The position numbers and the translations under genes were made by a program. The notes below the pieces were generated by a model. The model had not been told where the DNA came from. It did no database searches and saw only the letters and a program-made list of their open reading frames with translations. A stretch of 64,000 bases of DNA. It comes from Trueperaceae bacterium. Lineage in GTDB: Bacteria > Deinococcota > Deinococci > Deinococcales > Trueperaceae. The stretch is from contig JAXHNB010000006.1 in the NCBI GenBank assembly GCA_034520945.1, forward strand, positions 96,001-160,000, given 5' to 3'. This document shows positions 24,859 through 35,947 of the stretch, piece after piece. Numbering within the stretch: position 1 is the stretch's first letter; every line of letters begins with the position of its first letter.

Positions 24859-26792
24859 CCGACGTCGTCGCTTGGGTATCGCTGGCGCCGCTGCTCGCGC
24901 TGGCGGGCGCCCTGATCAACGGCCTGTTCGGCCGCGCGTTGCGCGAGCCGCTCCCCGGCATCGTGGCCACGTTGACGGCCGCGTCCGGCTTCGTGCTGTC
25001 GCTGATCGCGTTCATCGGCCTGCAGGGGCGCGAGGATCCGCGCGTGGCGGTGCCGCTGGGGTCGTACCTGCCGGCGGAGCCGCTGGAGGTGTCGCTCGGC
25101 TTCCTGATCGACCCGCTCAGCGTGCTGATGCTGCTGATCATCACCGGGGTGGGCACGCTCATCCACCTGTACTCCGTCGCCTACATGCACGGCGACGACG
25201 GCTACGCCCGCTACTTCTCGTTCCTGAACCTGTTCCTCGCCGCGATGATGGTGCTGGTCATGGCGGACGGCTTCCTGCTGATGTTCGTCGGTTGGGAGGG
25301 CGTCGGGGTGTGCTCCTACCTGTTGATCGGCTTCTGGTACGGCCGGCGCGAGAACGCCGACGCCGCCCGCAAGGCGTTCATCACCAACCGCGTGGGGGAC
25401 GTCGGGTTCTTGCTGGCGATGTTCGCCTTGTTCGCGACCTTCGGCACGCTGAACATCGCGTCCGTCAACGAAAGCGCCGTGGGCATGGCGTTCGGCTCCG
25501 GCACGCTGACGGTGATCGCGTTGCTGCTCCTGCTGGGCGCGACCGGCAAGTCGGCGCAGCTGCCGCTGCAGGTGTGGCTCCCCGACGCCATGGCCGGCCC
25601 GACGCCGGTGTCCGCCCTGATCCACGCCGCGACCATGGTGACCGCGGGCGTGTACCTGATCGCGCGCACCGCGCCGCTGTTCAGCATGACGCCGTTCGCC
25701 TCCGCCACGGTGGCATGGGTGGGGGCGCTGACTGCCCTGATCGCGGCGTTTGCCGCGCTGGGGCAGACGGACATCAAGAAGATCCTGGCCTACTCGACCA
25801 TCAGCCAGCTCGGCTTCATGTTCGTCGCCGTCGGCGTGGGCGCCTACTGGGTGGCGGTGTTCCACCTGTTCACGCACGCCTTCTTCAAGGGCCTGTTGTT
25901 CCTCGGCGCCGGCTCCGTCATCCACGCCCTGAACGGCGAGCAGGACGTTCGCCGTATGGGGGGGCTGGGGGCGCGAATGCCGATCACGGGCGTCACCAGC
26001 CTGATCGCCACCCTGGCGATCGCCGGCGTGCCGCTGCTGTCCGGCTTCTTCAGCAAGGACGCCATCCTGGCCCACACGCTGAACAGCCAGCACGTGGAGG
26101 GGTACGGCACCACGCTGCTGTACGGTGTTCTGCTGGTGACCGCAGTATTGACGGCGTTCTACATGTTCCGCTGGTACTACGGCATCTTCGGCGGCCGTTC
26201 CCGCGTCGACGCGAAGGTGGCGCAGGGCGTGCACGAGTCGTCCGCCGTCATCACGGTGCCGCTGGCCATCCTCGCCGTGTTCAGCGTGGTGGCCGGCTAC
26301 GTCGGCCTGCCGGCGTTCGCGTTCCCGAACGCGATCGACGGGTGGCTGACGTCCGCGACCCTGGGCGGCCTGACCGAGGTGCCGTTCCATCACCCCGCCG
26401 TGTGGGTGGAGTGGATGTTGGTCCTGGTCTCGATCGCGGCGGCCGGACTGGGCCTGGCGCTGGGCTGGTGGGTGTACGCCGCCAAGCAGGGCGCGCCGGC
26501 CCGCCGCGCCTCGGAGGGGCTGTTGGGCCGCCTGTCGCGCGCCGGCGGCGGGTTCGACCCGCTGTATCGCACCCTGTTCATCGGCTCCGCCGAAGGCACG
26601 GCCGGGGGGGTGGCGGTCCTGGACCGTGACCTCGTCAACCGCGGCCTGCAGGGCGTCGGCACGGCGCTGGGGCTGTTCGGGCGCCTGGCGGCGCGGCTGC
26701 AATCCGGGTACGTACGCGCGTATGCGTTCGCGATGTTCGCGGGGGTGGCCGCCCTCGTGCTCGTGGCCGCCTGGTTGGGGGTGAGGGCATGA
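24855..26792 (+). CDS. nuoL: NADH-quinone oxidoreductase subunit L
   Basis: [60 protein letters not shown]. Confidence 0.95.
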   Translation: MTDVVAWVSLAPLLALAGALINGLFGRALREPLPGIVATLTAASGFVLSLIAFIGLQGREDPRVAVPLGSYLPAEPLEVSLGFLIDPLSVLMLLIITGVGTLIHLYSVAYMHGDDGYARYFSFLNLFLAAMMVLVMADGFLLMFVGWEGVGVCSYLLIGFWYGRRENADAARKAFITNRVGDVGFLLAMFALFATFGTLNIASVNESAVGMAFGSGTLTVIALLLLLGATGKSAQLPLQVWLPDAMAGPTPVSALIHAATMVTAGVYLIARTAPLFSMTPFASATVAWVGALTALIAAFAALGQTDIKKILAYSTISQLGFMFVAVGVGAYWVAVFHLFTHAFFKGLLFLGAGSVIHALNGEQDVRRMGGLGARMPITGVTSLIATLAIAGVPLLSGFFSKDAILAHTLNSQHVEGYGTTLLYGVLLVTAVLTAFYMFRWYYGIFGGRSRVDAKVAQGVHESSAVITVPLAILAVFSVVAGYVGLPAFAFPNAIDGWLTSATLGGLTEVPFHHPAVWVEWMLVLVSIAAAGLGLALGWWVYAAKQGAPARRASEGLLGRLSRAGGGFDPLYRTLFIGSAEGTAGGVAVLDRDLVNRGLQGVGTALGLFGRLAARLQSGYVRAYAFAMFAGVAALVLVAAWLGVRA

Positions 26793-28300
26793 CCGCCGCA
26801 ATGGTCCTGATTCCGCTGATTGCCGCCGCGCTGGTGTGGCGCGCCCCGCGCCGCGCGGCCGGTGCGCTGGCGCTGCTGGCCACCAGCGGCACCTTCGTGC
26901 TGGCGTTGTTCCTGTCCAGCGCGTCGGCGCTGGACCTTGCGTGGCTACCCGCCGCCGGCATCGGGTTCCGCCTGGACCCGGCCGGCGTCGCCTCGGTGCT
27001 GGTGCTGGCCGCCTCTCTCGCGATGATTCCGACCGTGCTGGCGGCCGCCACGCAGGTCGCCCGCTCCACGGGGGCCTTCCTGGCGCTGCTGCTGGCCATG
27101 CAGGCCGGCCTGAACGGGCTGTTCCTGTCCAGCGACCTGGTCCTCACCTACGTGTTCTGGGAGGCGACGCTGTTCTTCAGCGTGTTCCTGCTGGGCGGGT
27201 GGGGCCGCGAGGGCCGGCGCGGCGCCGTCACCAAGTACCTGATCTACGCCGTCGCCGGCTCGTTCCTGATGCTGGTCTCGATCCTGGCGCTGCGCCCGCT
27301 CTCCGGCGCGGAGAGCTACGCCTTCGCCGACCTGCTGCCCGCCACCCGCGCGTTGGACGTCGTCACGCAGGCCTGGCTGTTCGCCGGCTTCGCCGCCGCC
27401 TTCGCCGTGAAGCTGCCGATGTTCCCGCTGCACTCGTGGCTGATCGACTTCCACGATCAGAACCACCCGTCGGGTGCGGCGGACGTGGCCGGCACCCTGT
27501 ACAAGGTGGGCGGGTTCGGCTTCTTCGCCTGGGCCATCCCGCTGTTGCCGCTCGGGGCGCAGGCGTTCCAGCCCTGGATGCTGGCGCTCACCTCCGTCAC
27601 GGCACTGTGGGCGGCGCTGGCCGCCACGCAACAGACCGACCTCAAGCGGCTGCTGGCGTACGCCTCGCTGTCGCACATGGGGCTCGTCGGGGTGGGGCTG
27701 TTCTCGCTCCATCCCGCCGGGATGACCGGCGCGATGGCGTTGCTGGTCGCCCAGATGTTCTCGACCGGCGGGCTGTTCCTGCTCTCGGGCATGCTGTACG
27801 CGCGCCGCGGAAGCTTCGCGCTGGACCGCTTCGGCGGCCTGGCGCGCAGCGCGCCCGCCTTGGCGGCCGTCACCCTGCTGGCGCTGTTCGCCTCGATCGG
27901 GGTGCCGGGCCTGTCCAACTTCCCCGGCGAGTTCATGAGCCTTCTTGGCGCCTTCCAGACCCACGTCGCGGCGGCCGTGCTGGCGACGCTGGCCGTGATC
28001 GCGGCCGGCGCGTACGGCGTGAATCTGTACCAGCGCCTGTACCAGGGGCGCCAGCGTGAGGCCACCCACGACCTCCGCGGCCTGGAGGTGGCGGTGCTGG
28101 CACCCCTCGTCGCCGGCATCCTGTGGATGGGGATCGCCCCCGCGCCGCAGATCGCCCGCACCCACCAGGACACCCGCGTGGCGCTCCAGATGGACGCCGA
28201 CGACGAAGAGGCCGCCGCGCCGGCGGCGGGATGGACGATTCCCGTGGAAGACGAGGAGGAACCGCCCGGCCTGGCCGAGGTTCCCGGGGGTGCACCATGA
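26789..28300 (+). CDS. nuoM: NADH-quinone oxidoreductase subunit M
   Basis: FWEAT, AFAVKLPMFPLHSWL, DLKRLLAYASLSHMG, PGLSNFPGEF. Confidence 0.92.
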   Translation: MTAAMVLIPLIAAALVWRAPRRAAGALALLATSGTFVLALFLSSASALDLAWLPAAGIGFRLDPAGVASVLVLAASLAMIPTVLAAATQVARSTGAFLALLLAMQAGLNGLFLSSDLVLTYVFWEATLFFSVFLLGGWGREGRRGAVTKYLIYAVAGSFLMLVSILALRPLSGAESYAFADLLPATRALDVVTQAWLFAGFAAAFAVKLPMFPLHSWLIDFHDQNHPSGAADVAGTLYKVGGFGFFAWAIPLLPLGAQAFQPWMLALTSVTALWAALAATQQTDLKRLLAYASLSHMGLVGVGLFSLHPAGMTGAMALLVAQMFSTGGLFLLSGMLYARRGSFALDRFGGLARSAPALAAVTLLALFASIGVPGLSNFPGEFMSLLGAFQTHVAAAVLATLAVIAAGAYGVNLYQRLYQGRQREATHDLRGLEVAVLAPLVAGILWMGIAPAPQIARTHQDTRVALQMDADDEEAAAPAAGWTIPVEDEEEPPGLAEVPGGAP

Positions 28301-29751
28301 TGATGCCCATCACCGAAGTGTCGATGTGGGCGATCGCGCCCGCCCTGATCGTGCTGGTCACGGCCGCGATCACGCTGCTCGGCGGCCTTTTCGTGCGCGA
28401 CATGCGCATCAGCGGCGGGCTCGCCCTGCTGGGACTCGTGGCCGCCGGCGTGCTGGCGGCCGTGCAGCTGGTGGACGGCCAGGACGCGCCGCTGATGGCG
28501 TTCGGCCTGCAGTGGATCGTGGACACGCCGGCCTCAGCGCTGAGCCTGATCATCCTGCTGGGGGCGGCGCTGTCGGTGCTGGTCGCGTACGACTACCTGG
28601 CGCCCGCCCGGTTGGATCTCCCCGAGTTCTACCCGCTGTTGCTGTTGTCCACCTTCGGCGGCATGGTGATGGTCCACGCCGGCGACCTGATCGTGCTGCT
28701 GTTGGGGCTGGAGATCCTCTCCCTGGCCGCCTACGCGCTGGCGGCGTGGCGCGCCGCCGACGCCACCAGCGAAGAGGCCGGCATGAAGTACTTCCTGCTG
28801 GGCGCGTTCGCCAGCGCCGTGCTGGTGTACGGGATCGCGCTGACGTACGGCGCGGTCGGCGCCTTCGACTACGGCGCCATCGCCGGCGCCCTGGCCGACG
28901 GCGTCGGCCCGATCGGGCTGACGGGCGGGCTGCTGGTGCTGGCCGGCCTGGGGTTCAAGGCGGCGCTGGCGCCGTTCCATCAGTGGGCGCCGGACGTGTA
29001 CACCGGCGCGCCGACGCCCGTCACCACCTTCATGAGCATCGTGATCAAGACCGCCGCGTTCGGGGCGTTGCTGCGCGTCAGCGGCGCCGCCTGGCAGGGC
29101 AACCTGCCCGAGCTCGAGGTCGCCCTGGGCGTGCTGGTGGCGTTGACCGTGGTGATCGGCAACTTCGCGGCGCTTCTGCAGAGCAGCGTCAAGCGCATGC
29201 TGGCCTACTCCGCGGTGGCGCACGCCGGCTACCTGGGCCTGGCCGTGCTGGCGACGGGCGGCCTGGGCACGCCCGCCGCGGTGTGGTACCTGCTGGCGTA
29301 CACCCTGATGAACGCCGGGGCGTTCGCGGTGCTCACCCAAGTGGCCGACGCGAACGACCGGGGCGACGACATCGAAGCGTGGGAGGGGCTGGGGCGCCGC
29401 CGACCGTTGCTGGCGGTGTGCATGACGTTGTTCATGCTCAGCCTGGCCGGCATCCCGCCGCTGGCCGGGTTCACCGGCAAGGTGCTGGTGTTTCAGGCCG
29501 CCCTGGACGCGGGCTATAGCTTCCTGGCCGTCCTGGCGATCCTCACCGCGGTGGTGGCGCTGGTGTACTACTTCCGCGTCGTGGCCGCCATGTGGTTCCG
29601 CGAGGGGCGCGGCCACGTGCGCCCTCGCAGCCCCGCCGCCAACGTGGCGATCGGCATCGCTGCGGTCGGCACCGTGGGGCTGGGCCTGTTCCCCAACCTG
29701 TTCTACGCGCTGCTCGAAGGGGGACGCACGCTGCTGCTGGCGGGCCTCTGA
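28297..29751 (+). CDS. nuoN: NADH-quinone oxidoreductase subunit N
   Basis: EAGMKYFLLG, FKAALAPFHQWAPDVYTGAP, KRMLAYS, SLAGIPPLAGFTGK. Confidence 0.94.
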   Translation: MMMPITEVSMWAIAPALIVLVTAAITLLGGLFVRDMRISGGLALLGLVAAGVLAAVQLVDGQDAPLMAFGLQWIVDTPASALSLIILLGAALSVLVAYDYLAPARLDLPEFYPLLLLSTFGGMVMVHAGDLIVLLLGLEILSLAAYALAAWRAADATSEEAGMKYFLLGAFASAVLVYGIALTYGAVGAFDYGAIAGALADGVGPIGLTGGLLVLAGLGFKAALAPFHQWAPDVYTGAPTPVTTFMSIVIKTAAFGALLRVSGAAWQGNLPELEVALGVLVALTVVIGNFAALLQSSVKRMLAYSAVAHAGYLGLAVLATGGLGTPAAVWYLLAYTLMNAGAFAVLTQVADANDRGDDIEAWEGLGRRRPLLAVCMTLFMLSLAGIPPLAGFTGKVLVFQAALDAGYSFLAVLAILTAVVALVYYFRVVAAMWFREGRGHVRPRSPAANVAIGIAAVGTVGLGLFPNLFYALLEGGRTLLLAGL

Positions 29752-29778
29752 GCGGCCCTCAGCGCAGCGCGAACGTGT

Positions 29779-29806
29779 CGCCGGCCGCCCCTCGGGGCGG
29801 CCGGCG
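29779..29806 (+). terminator. Hairpin downstream of nuoN
   Basis: 12-bp stem CGCCGGCCGCCC/GGGCGGCCGGCG with CTCG loop; no U-tract. Confidence 0.5.
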
Positions 29807-29855
29807 TCGTGCGCCGCACGGACCGGACGCGACGAGCCCGCGCCGTGCCGGCTCC

Positions 29856-30150
29856 TCGACCGGGACGTCCTTCCTCCCAGGCCAGGATGCCGCCGGCGAC
29901 GTTGACCGCCTCGACCCGTGCGTCAGCAGGAACGCTGTGACGCGGTCGCTGCAGCGCCGCAGGGCGGCATGACCACCTCGCGGTCCTGGGAGCTCGCCTC
30001 CAGCGCTGCATGAAGTCGGAGAGCGGAGCATGACGGCGTTCCGGCGTGCGGTCGGCCGGTACTCGTCCCGTTTCGGCGTGCGTCGACGTTGGTCGCAGCC
30101 CTCCTGGACGCGGCGGCCGTGGCCTCATGCCCGCTTCGGTCTCGAGGCAG
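29856..30150 (-). pseudogene. Degenerate, indel-ridden copy of the rhodanese gene at 31200-31523
   Basis: Long identical blocks shared with 31210-31510 (e.g. CCCAGGCCAGGATGCCGCCGGCGACGTTGACCGCCTCGACCC and CAGCGCTGCATGAAGTCGGAGAGCGG); fragments PLSDFMQRW, QDREVV, VEAVNVAGGILAWEE fall in different frames. Confidence 0.75.
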
Positions 30151-31148
30151 GTGGCGTTCCGCAGCGGAGATCACGTGCTGCGCGGCACGCTCACGCTTCC
30201 TGCCGGCCCCGGCCCGCACCCCGCCGTGATCACCCTGTCGGGCAGCGGCCCGCAGAACCGGGACGGCGAACTGCCCGGCATCCCCGGCTACCGGCCGTTC
30301 GCGCAGGTGGCCGAGCACCTCGCCGAGCGCGGCGTGGCCGTGCTGCGCTACGACGACCGCGGCGTGGCCGCTTCGGAGGGCGACAACGCCACCGCCACCA
30401 GCGGTGACCTGGCCGCATGGACGCCCGGGCGGCCGTCCGCGCCCTGCAGCGCAGGACCGACGTCGACCCGCTCCACATCGGGCTGCTGGGGCACAGCGAA
30501 GGCGGGATGCTGGCCGCGATGGTGGCGTCCCGCGATCCAGGCGTCGCGTTCGTGATCGCGCTGGCCCCGCCGGTGGCCGAGCCCATGGAGGGACTCCTGT
30601 TGCAGGAACGCCGCATGCTCGAGACGGCCGGCCTGCCGGCGCCGCTGGTGGAGGAGCGGGTCGCCATGACGCGGGAGGTGCTGGCGTTGACGCTGGCCCA
30701 GGACTGGCTTCCCTTGGAACGCCTGATCCGAGCGACGGTGCGTGAACAGTTGCAGGCCCTGCCCGAAGCCCAACGCGCCGCGTTCGGCGACCCGGACCAG
30801 GCGACGGAGAGGCTGGTGGCGCAGACCATGACGCAGCAGCGCGGCTGGATGCACTTCTTCCTCACCCACGACGCGAGAGGGGACTGGGCGCGCCTGCACG
30901 CACCGGCCCTCGTCCTGTTCGGCGGCCGGGACGTCCAGGTCGACCTGGAGCTGCACCGCGACGCCCTGTCGTCGCTGGACCGTCCGAACGTGGAGATCGT
31001 CACGGTCGCAGGCGCGAACCATCTGTTCCAGGAGGCCGACACGGGCAGCGTGCTGGAATACGCCGAGCTCGCGCCCGAGCTGACACCCGAGGTGCTGCGC
31101 AGCGTCAGCGCATGGTTGGCGGCGCAGGGCGTGGGCGGGGATCGTTGA
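30127..31148 (+). pseudogene. Alpha/beta hydrolase (serine aminopeptidase S33-like) with frameshift near 30417
   Basis: GTLTLP.GPGPHPAVI.LSGSGPQNRD and LRYDDRGV in one frame; DARAAVRAL...GLLGHSEGG...GGRDVQV...GANHLFQ in another. May be a sequencing error; the 5' end is uncertain. Confidence 0.75.
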
Positions 31149-31199
31149 GCGATGCGTGCCTTGATTCGGCCATCCTGAGTCCCCTGGCACGCTCCGCCG

Positions 31200-31523
31200 C
31201 TACCCCTTCTCGACCGGCAGCCCCTCCTCCTCCCAGGCCAGGATGCCGCCGGCGACGTTGACCGCCTCGACCCCGCGCGCCAGCAGGAACTCGGTGACGC
31301 GGCCGCTGCGGGCGCCGCTGCGGCACAGCACGACCACCTCGCGGTCCTGGGGGAGCTCGGCCTCCCAGCGCTGCATGAAGTCGGAGAGCGGAAGCAGGCG
31401 GGCGTCCGGCGTGCGGACGGCCCGGTACTCGTCCCGTTCGCGGACGTCGACGAAGGCGCTGCCCGCCTGGACGCGGCGGCGGGCCTCGTGCACGTCGATC
31501 TCGGGGGCAGGGTCGTCGGGCAT
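31200..31523 (-). CDS. Rhodanese-like domain protein
   Basis: FVDVRERDEY, active site LCRSGARS, NVAGGILAW; leaderless TATCAT-N6-ATG. Confidence 0.9.
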   Translation of the reverse strand: MPDDPAPEIDVHEARRRVQAGSAFVDVRERDEYRAVRTPDARLLPLSDFMQRWEAELPQDREVVVLCRSGARSGRVTEFLLARGVEAVNVAGGILAWEEEGLPVEKG

Positions 31524-31571
31524 GCCGGGATGATATCTGCGCGGCCGGAGACGGGTGCTAGCCTGCCCTGC

Positions 31572-32090
31572 ATGGATTCGACGCGCGCCTGGTTGCGCGA
31601 TCTGCTCGGCGACCAGGACCCCACCGAGGTGTTGCGCACCACGCCCACGCGCCTGGAGGCGTGGGCCAGCGACCGCGAGACGGTCTGGGACGTTCCGTGG
31701 CGGCCGGGCGGCTGGACGGCGCGAACGATCGTGGCGCACCTGTGCGACCGGGAGATCGGCTTCGCCTTCCGCGCCCGCAACGTGGTGTCGGCGGCGCATC
31801 CCCCGCACGTGGTCCAGACGTACGACCCGGACGCCTGGTCGGCCGACTACGCCCGGCTGGATCCCGCCCTGGCGGTCGAGGCGTTCCGGGGCCTGCGGGC
31901 GTGGAACCTCGCCTGGCTGGCGCGCCGCGACCTGCAGGACTGGCTGCGGCCCTACCGCCACCCCGAGCGGGCGGGGGAGGAGACCCTGGACGAGATGGTG
32001 CGCGACCTGGCCGGGCACGACCTGCACCACCTGAACCAACTCGCGATCACGCAGGGCGAGGCGGGCCCCGCCGGCGCGCACTCCGCGTGA
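31572..32090 (+). CDS. DinB family protein
   Basis: [16 protein letters not shown] ... [11 protein letters not shown]is triad pattern. Confidence 0.85.
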   Translation: MDSTRAWLRDLLGDQDPTEVLRTTPTRLEAWASDRETVWDVPWRPGGWTARTIVAHLCDREIGFAFRARNVVSAAHPPHVVQTYDPDAWSADYARLDPALAVEAFRGLRAWNLAWLARRDLQDWLRPYRHPERAGEETLDEMVRDLAGHDLHHLNQLAITQGEAGPAGAHSA

Positions 32091-32104
32091 TAGACTCCCG
32101 CCCC

Positions 32105-32518
32105 ATGAGCACCGAACGCACCTTCGCCATGGTCAAGCCGGACGGCGTGCAGCGCCGCCTGGTCGGAGAGCTGATCTCACGCATCGAGGCCAAGGGGTAC
32201 GACATCGTCGCCATGAAGACGATGACCATCCCCCGCGAACTGGCCGAACGCCACTACGGCGAGCACGCCGACAAGCCGTTCTTCGCCAATCTGGTGTCGT
32301 TCATCACCAGCGGACCGGTCGTCGCCATGGTGGTCGAGGGCGAGAACGCCATCCAGGGCTGGCGCACCATGATGGGCGCCACCAACCCCGCGGACGCGGC
32401 CGCCGGCACCGTGCGGGGCGACTTCGCCACCAGCATCGACGAGAACGTGGCGCACGGTTCGGACGCGCCTGAGACCGCGACCCGCGAGATCGGCCTGTTC
32501 TTCCCCGAGCTGACCTGA
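32105..32518 (+). CDS. ndk: Nucleoside diphosphate kinase
   Basis: [44 protein letters not shown]. Confidence 0.96.
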   Translation: MSTERTFAMVKPDGVQRRLVGELISRIEAKGYDIVAMKTMTIPRELAERHYGEHADKPFFANLVSFITSGPVVAMVVEGENAIQGWRTMMGATNPADAAAGTVRGDFATSIDENVAHGSDAPETATREIGLFFPELT

Positions 32519-32527
32519 GCCGACCCC

Positions 32528-33325
32528 TCAGCGCCCGCGGTCGTCGCCGCGGGCGGGCCGGTGCAGCCATGCCACCAACCGTGCCACCAGGGGGCGGGGG
32601 GCCAGGCGGGCCAATCGCGCCCCGGCTCGGTTCGAGGTGCCGGGCACGAACACGTGCTGGCCGCGCTCGAAGGCGCGGACGCCTGCTTCGGCCACGTGGG
32701 CGGCGTCCTGCATGGGCACCAAGCGGACCAGCCGCGTTTCCTCCATGTCGGCACGGGCGTGGAACTCGCTGACGGTCGGCCCCGGGCACAGGGCGGTGAC
32801 GCGCACGCCGCTGCCGCGCACTTCCTCGGCCAGCGCCTCGCTGAGGTGCAGGACGAACGCCTTGCTGGCGTAGTAGACGGCCATGCCGGGGCCGGGCTGA
32901 AACGCGGCGGTGGAGGCGACGTTCATCACCCCGCCCCGGCCGCGCCGCCGCATGCCGGGCAGGAGGGCGCGCGCCAGGTGGGTGACCGCGACCACGTCCA
33001 GTCGGACCTCGGCCAGCACCTCCTCCAGCGGCACCTCGTCGAAGGCCCCCGGGTTGGCGACGCCGGCATTGTTGACGAGAACGTCCACCTCGTGCCCGGC
33101 GTCGTTCAACGCGCGCAGAAGCGCGCGCGGCCCGTCCTCCCGTGCCAAGTCGGCGGTGATCGTGGTCACGTCGCTGCCGTGCGCCTGGCGCAGCTCCTCG
33201 CGCAGCTCCTCCAGGCGCGACGTGGTGCGGGCGGTGAGGATCAGGTCGTGGCCCCGCCTGGCGAACGCGCGCGCCAGCTCGCGGCCGATGCCCGAGGACG
33301 CGCCGGTGATCATCGTGGTGGACAT
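32528..33325 (-). CDS. Short-chain dehydrogenase/reductase
   Basis: TGASSGIG, LVNNAG, NVASTA, YYASK. Confidence 0.92.
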   Translation of the reverse strand: MSTTMITGASSGIGRELARAFARRGHDLILTARTTSRLEELREELRQAHGSDVTTITADLAREDGPRALLRALNDAGHEVDVLVNNAGVANPGAFDEVPLEEVLAEVRLDVVAVTHLARALLPGMRRRGRGGVMNVASTAAFQPGPGMAVYYASKAFVLHLSEALAEEVRGSGVRVTALCPGPTVSEFHARADMEETRLVRLVPMQDAAHVAEAGVRAFERGQHVFVPGTSNRAGARLARLAPRPLVARLVAWLHRPARGDDRGR

Positions 33326-33417
33326 GGGTCCTCCCTCCGCGGGGCGTGCGCCCCGCTCTGCTAGGATGCCACGCGACGCGCCGCGCCTCGCGGACCCGTC
33401 GACCAGGAGGAGGTCGC

Positions 33418-34569
33418 ATGCAGCTTTCGCAGCGGATTCAGAACGTTCGGGCGTCGTCCACCGTCGCGTTCAACACCAAGGCGGCCGACATGCGCCGCCA
33501 GGGCATCGACGTGATCGCCATGACGGCGGGCGAACCGGATTTCCAACCGCCCGAGCACGTGTTCATGGCCGCCCGTGAGGCGCTGGACCTGGGCCTCACC
33601 AAGTACACCCCGGCGGAGGGCACGCACGAGCTGCGCAGCGCGATCTGCGACAAGCACCAGCGCGAGAACGGCCTGGAGGCCACGCCGGAGCAGGTGATCG
33701 TGTCGACCGGCGGCAAGCAGGTGCTGTACGGCGCCTTCCAGGCGATCCTCGACCCCGGCGACGAGGTGGTCGTGATCGCGCCGTACTGGGTGTCCTACCC
33801 GGCCCAGATCGAGGTGGCGGGCGGCGTCACCGTGCCGGTCCGGACGCGCGCCGAGGACGGCTTCGTGCCCGACCCGGACGAGGTCGCCGCCGCCGTCACG
33901 GATCGCACCAAGGCGTTGGTGATCAACAGCCCCTCCAACCCCACCGGCGCGGTGTACCCGCGCGAGGTGGTCGAGGCGCTGGTCGCGGTCGCGCGCGACC
34001 GCGGGCTGTGGCTGATCGCCGACGACCTGTACGAGCACCTGATCTACGAGGGCACCTTCACGGCGGCGGGCCCGCTGTACCCGGAGGGCACGCTCACGGT
34101 GCACGGCGCGTCCAAGGCGTTCGCCCTGACCGGCTGGCGGATCGGCTGGGGGGTCGGGCCGCAGCCGTTGATCAAGGCGATGACGCGCCTGCAGGGCCAG
34201 GTCACCAGCGGCGCCAACGCGTTGGCGCAGCACGCCACCGTGGCGGCCCTGACGCAGGTCGACGCGACCTCGGCGTTCCTGGAGCGCACCAAGGCCGCCT
34301 ACGTCGAGCGGCGGGGCATCCTGGTGGAGGGCCTGAACGCCCTGGGCCTGGCCACGCCGATGCCGCACGGCGCGTTCTACGTCATGGCCGACGTCAGCGC
34401 GCTGGACAATGACGAGGGCAAGGCCGCCCTGCGCCTCCTGGAGGAGGCCCACGTCGGGGTGGTGCCGGGCACCGACTTCCTGGCCCCCGGCTTCGTCCGG
34501 TTCAGCTACGCCACCAGCACCGACAACGTGCGGGAGGCGTTGCGGCGCATCGAGGCGTTGTTGGCCTGA
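33418..34569 (+). CDS. aspC: Aspartate aminotransferase (class I/II PLP-dependent)
   Basis: AGEPDF, GGKQ, PYWVSY, NSPSNPTG, SKAFALTGWRIG; AGGAGG RBS. Confidence 0.85.
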   Translation: MQLSQRIQNVRASSTVAFNTKAADMRRQGIDVIAMTAGEPDFQPPEHVFMAAREALDLGLTKYTPAEGTHELRSAICDKHQRENGLEATPEQVIVSTGGKQVLYGAFQAILDPGDEVVVIAPYWVSYPAQIEVAGGVTVPVRTRAEDGFVPDPDEVAAAVTDRTKALVINSPSNPTGAVYPREVVEALVAVARDRGLWLIADDLYEHLIYEGTFTAAGPLYPEGTLTVHGASKAFALTGWRIGWGVGPQPLIKAMTRLQGQVTSGANALAQHATVAALTQVDATSAFLERTKAAYVERRGILVEGLNALGLATPMPHGAFYVMADVSALDNDEGKAALRLLEEAHVGVVPGTDFLAPGFVRFSYATSTDNVREALRRIEALLA

Positions 34570-34646
34570 GCGACGCGCCCCGTGCGGGCGCGGCCGCGTC
34601 CGGAGTGCGACCGCGTGCGTCGAGCACCGCGGGATACGCTCGCGTC

Positions 34647-35867
34647 ATGCCCACACGTTCGCTTCACTTCGAGAACCGTCGCGGCCGCCGCTTGGCCGCC
34701 CGCCTGGACCTGCCCGAGGGGGGCACGGCGCACGCCACGGCGGTGCTGGCGCACTGCTTCACCTGCGGCAAGGACCTGAAAGGGTTGGTGCGCCTGAGCC
34801 GTACCCTGGTCGCGCACGGCTTCGCCGTGATGCGGCTGGACTTCACCGGCCTCGGCGAGAGCGAGGGCGAGTTCGCCGAGGCGGGCCTGGGCGGCGACGC
34901 GGACGATCTGGAGGACGCGGCGCACTACCTGGAGCAGGAGATCGCGGCGCCGTCGTTGCTGATCGGCCACTCGCTGGGCGGCTTGGCGGCGCTGCTGGTC
35001 GCGCCCCGCCTGACGTCCCTGGACGGCCTCGTCACCATCGGCACGCCCTCCGACCCACGACACGTGAAGGGCCTGCTGGGCAGCGATCTGGACGCGGGCG
35101 CCGAAGACGGCCGGGTCGAGGCGGTCATCGCCGGCCGGACCTTCCGCCTGCCGCAGGCGTTCCTGGACGAGGTGGACCAGCGCACGCCCGCCGACTGCCT
35201 GCTCGACCTGCACGTGCCCGTGATGATTCTGCACGCCGTCACCGACGAGGTCGTCGCCATCGAGCACGCCGAGCGCCTGTTCAAGGCCGCGAAGCATCCC
35301 AAGAGCTTCGTGTCGCTGGGCACCGCCGGCCACCTGCTCCCGCGCGAAGCGGACGCCCGCTACGCGGGGCACGTGATCGGCGGCTGGGCGGCCGGCCTGC
35401 GGGGCGCGCGCGGCGACGAGGACGGCATCGCGCCCCCGGACGGCAGGCCGGCGCAGGGCGCGCGCCTGCCGGAACGGGCCACACGGGCCACGACCCGGCA
35501 GGGCTACGCCACACAGGGGTACGCCGGCGGGTTCCCGCTACGACTGGACGAGCCCGAGGACGTCGGCGGCACCGACACCGGCCCCTCGCCGTCTGCGCTG
35601 TTGCGGTTGGCGCTGGCGGGCTGCACCGCCATCACGGTCCGGATGTACGCCGACCGCAAGGCGTGGCCGCTGGAGGCGATCCAGGTGGACGTCACCTCCG
35701 AATCCAAGCGCGCGCAGGGGACGACCCGCTCCCGCTTCGAGCGCCGCATCCGCTTAGACGGCGATCTCGACGAGGAGCAGCGCGCGCGGCTGATCGACAT
35801 CGCCGGGCGCTGCCCCGTCCACCGCACGCTGGAGGGCGAGGTGAGCGTCGACACGAGCGAGGCCTGA
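34647..35867 (+). CDS. Bifunctional alpha/beta hydrolase / OsmC family protein
   Basis: AHCFTCGKD, DFTGLGESEG, GHSLGG; C-terminal DEPEDVGG.DTGPSP, ALAGCT, RCPVHRTL. Confidence 0.9.
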   Translation: MPTRSLHFENRRGRRLAARLDLPEGGTAHATAVLAHCFTCGKDLKGLVRLSRTLVAHGFAVMRLDFTGLGESEGEFAEAGLGGDADDLEDAAHYLEQEIAAPSLLIGHSLGGLAALLVAPRLTSLDGLVTIGTPSDPRHVKGLLGSDLDAGAEDGRVEAVIAGRTFRLPQAFLDEVDQRTPADCLLDLHVPVMILHAVTDEVVAIEHAERLFKAAKHPKSFVSLGTAGHLLPREADARYAGHVIGGWAAGLRGARGDEDGIAPPDGRPAQGARLPERATRATTRQGYATQGYAGGFPLRLDEPEDVGGTDTGPSPSALLRLALAGCTAITVRMYADRKAWPLEAIQVDVTSESKRAQGTTRSRFERRIRLDGDLDEEQRARLIDIAGRCPVHRTLEGEVSVDTSEA

Positions 35868-35947
35868 ACGCGGCGCCGGGCCGCTCGAATCCTGGGCCGC
35901 GCCTCCCGGCGCCTCCCGTGCCGGGCGGAACGCGGTAGGGTCCGCGC

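Noticed and set aside
29856..31523. Diversity-generating retroelement template/variable repeat pair
   Set aside because: Differences are mostly indels and are not adenine-specific, and there is no reverse transcriptase in the window.
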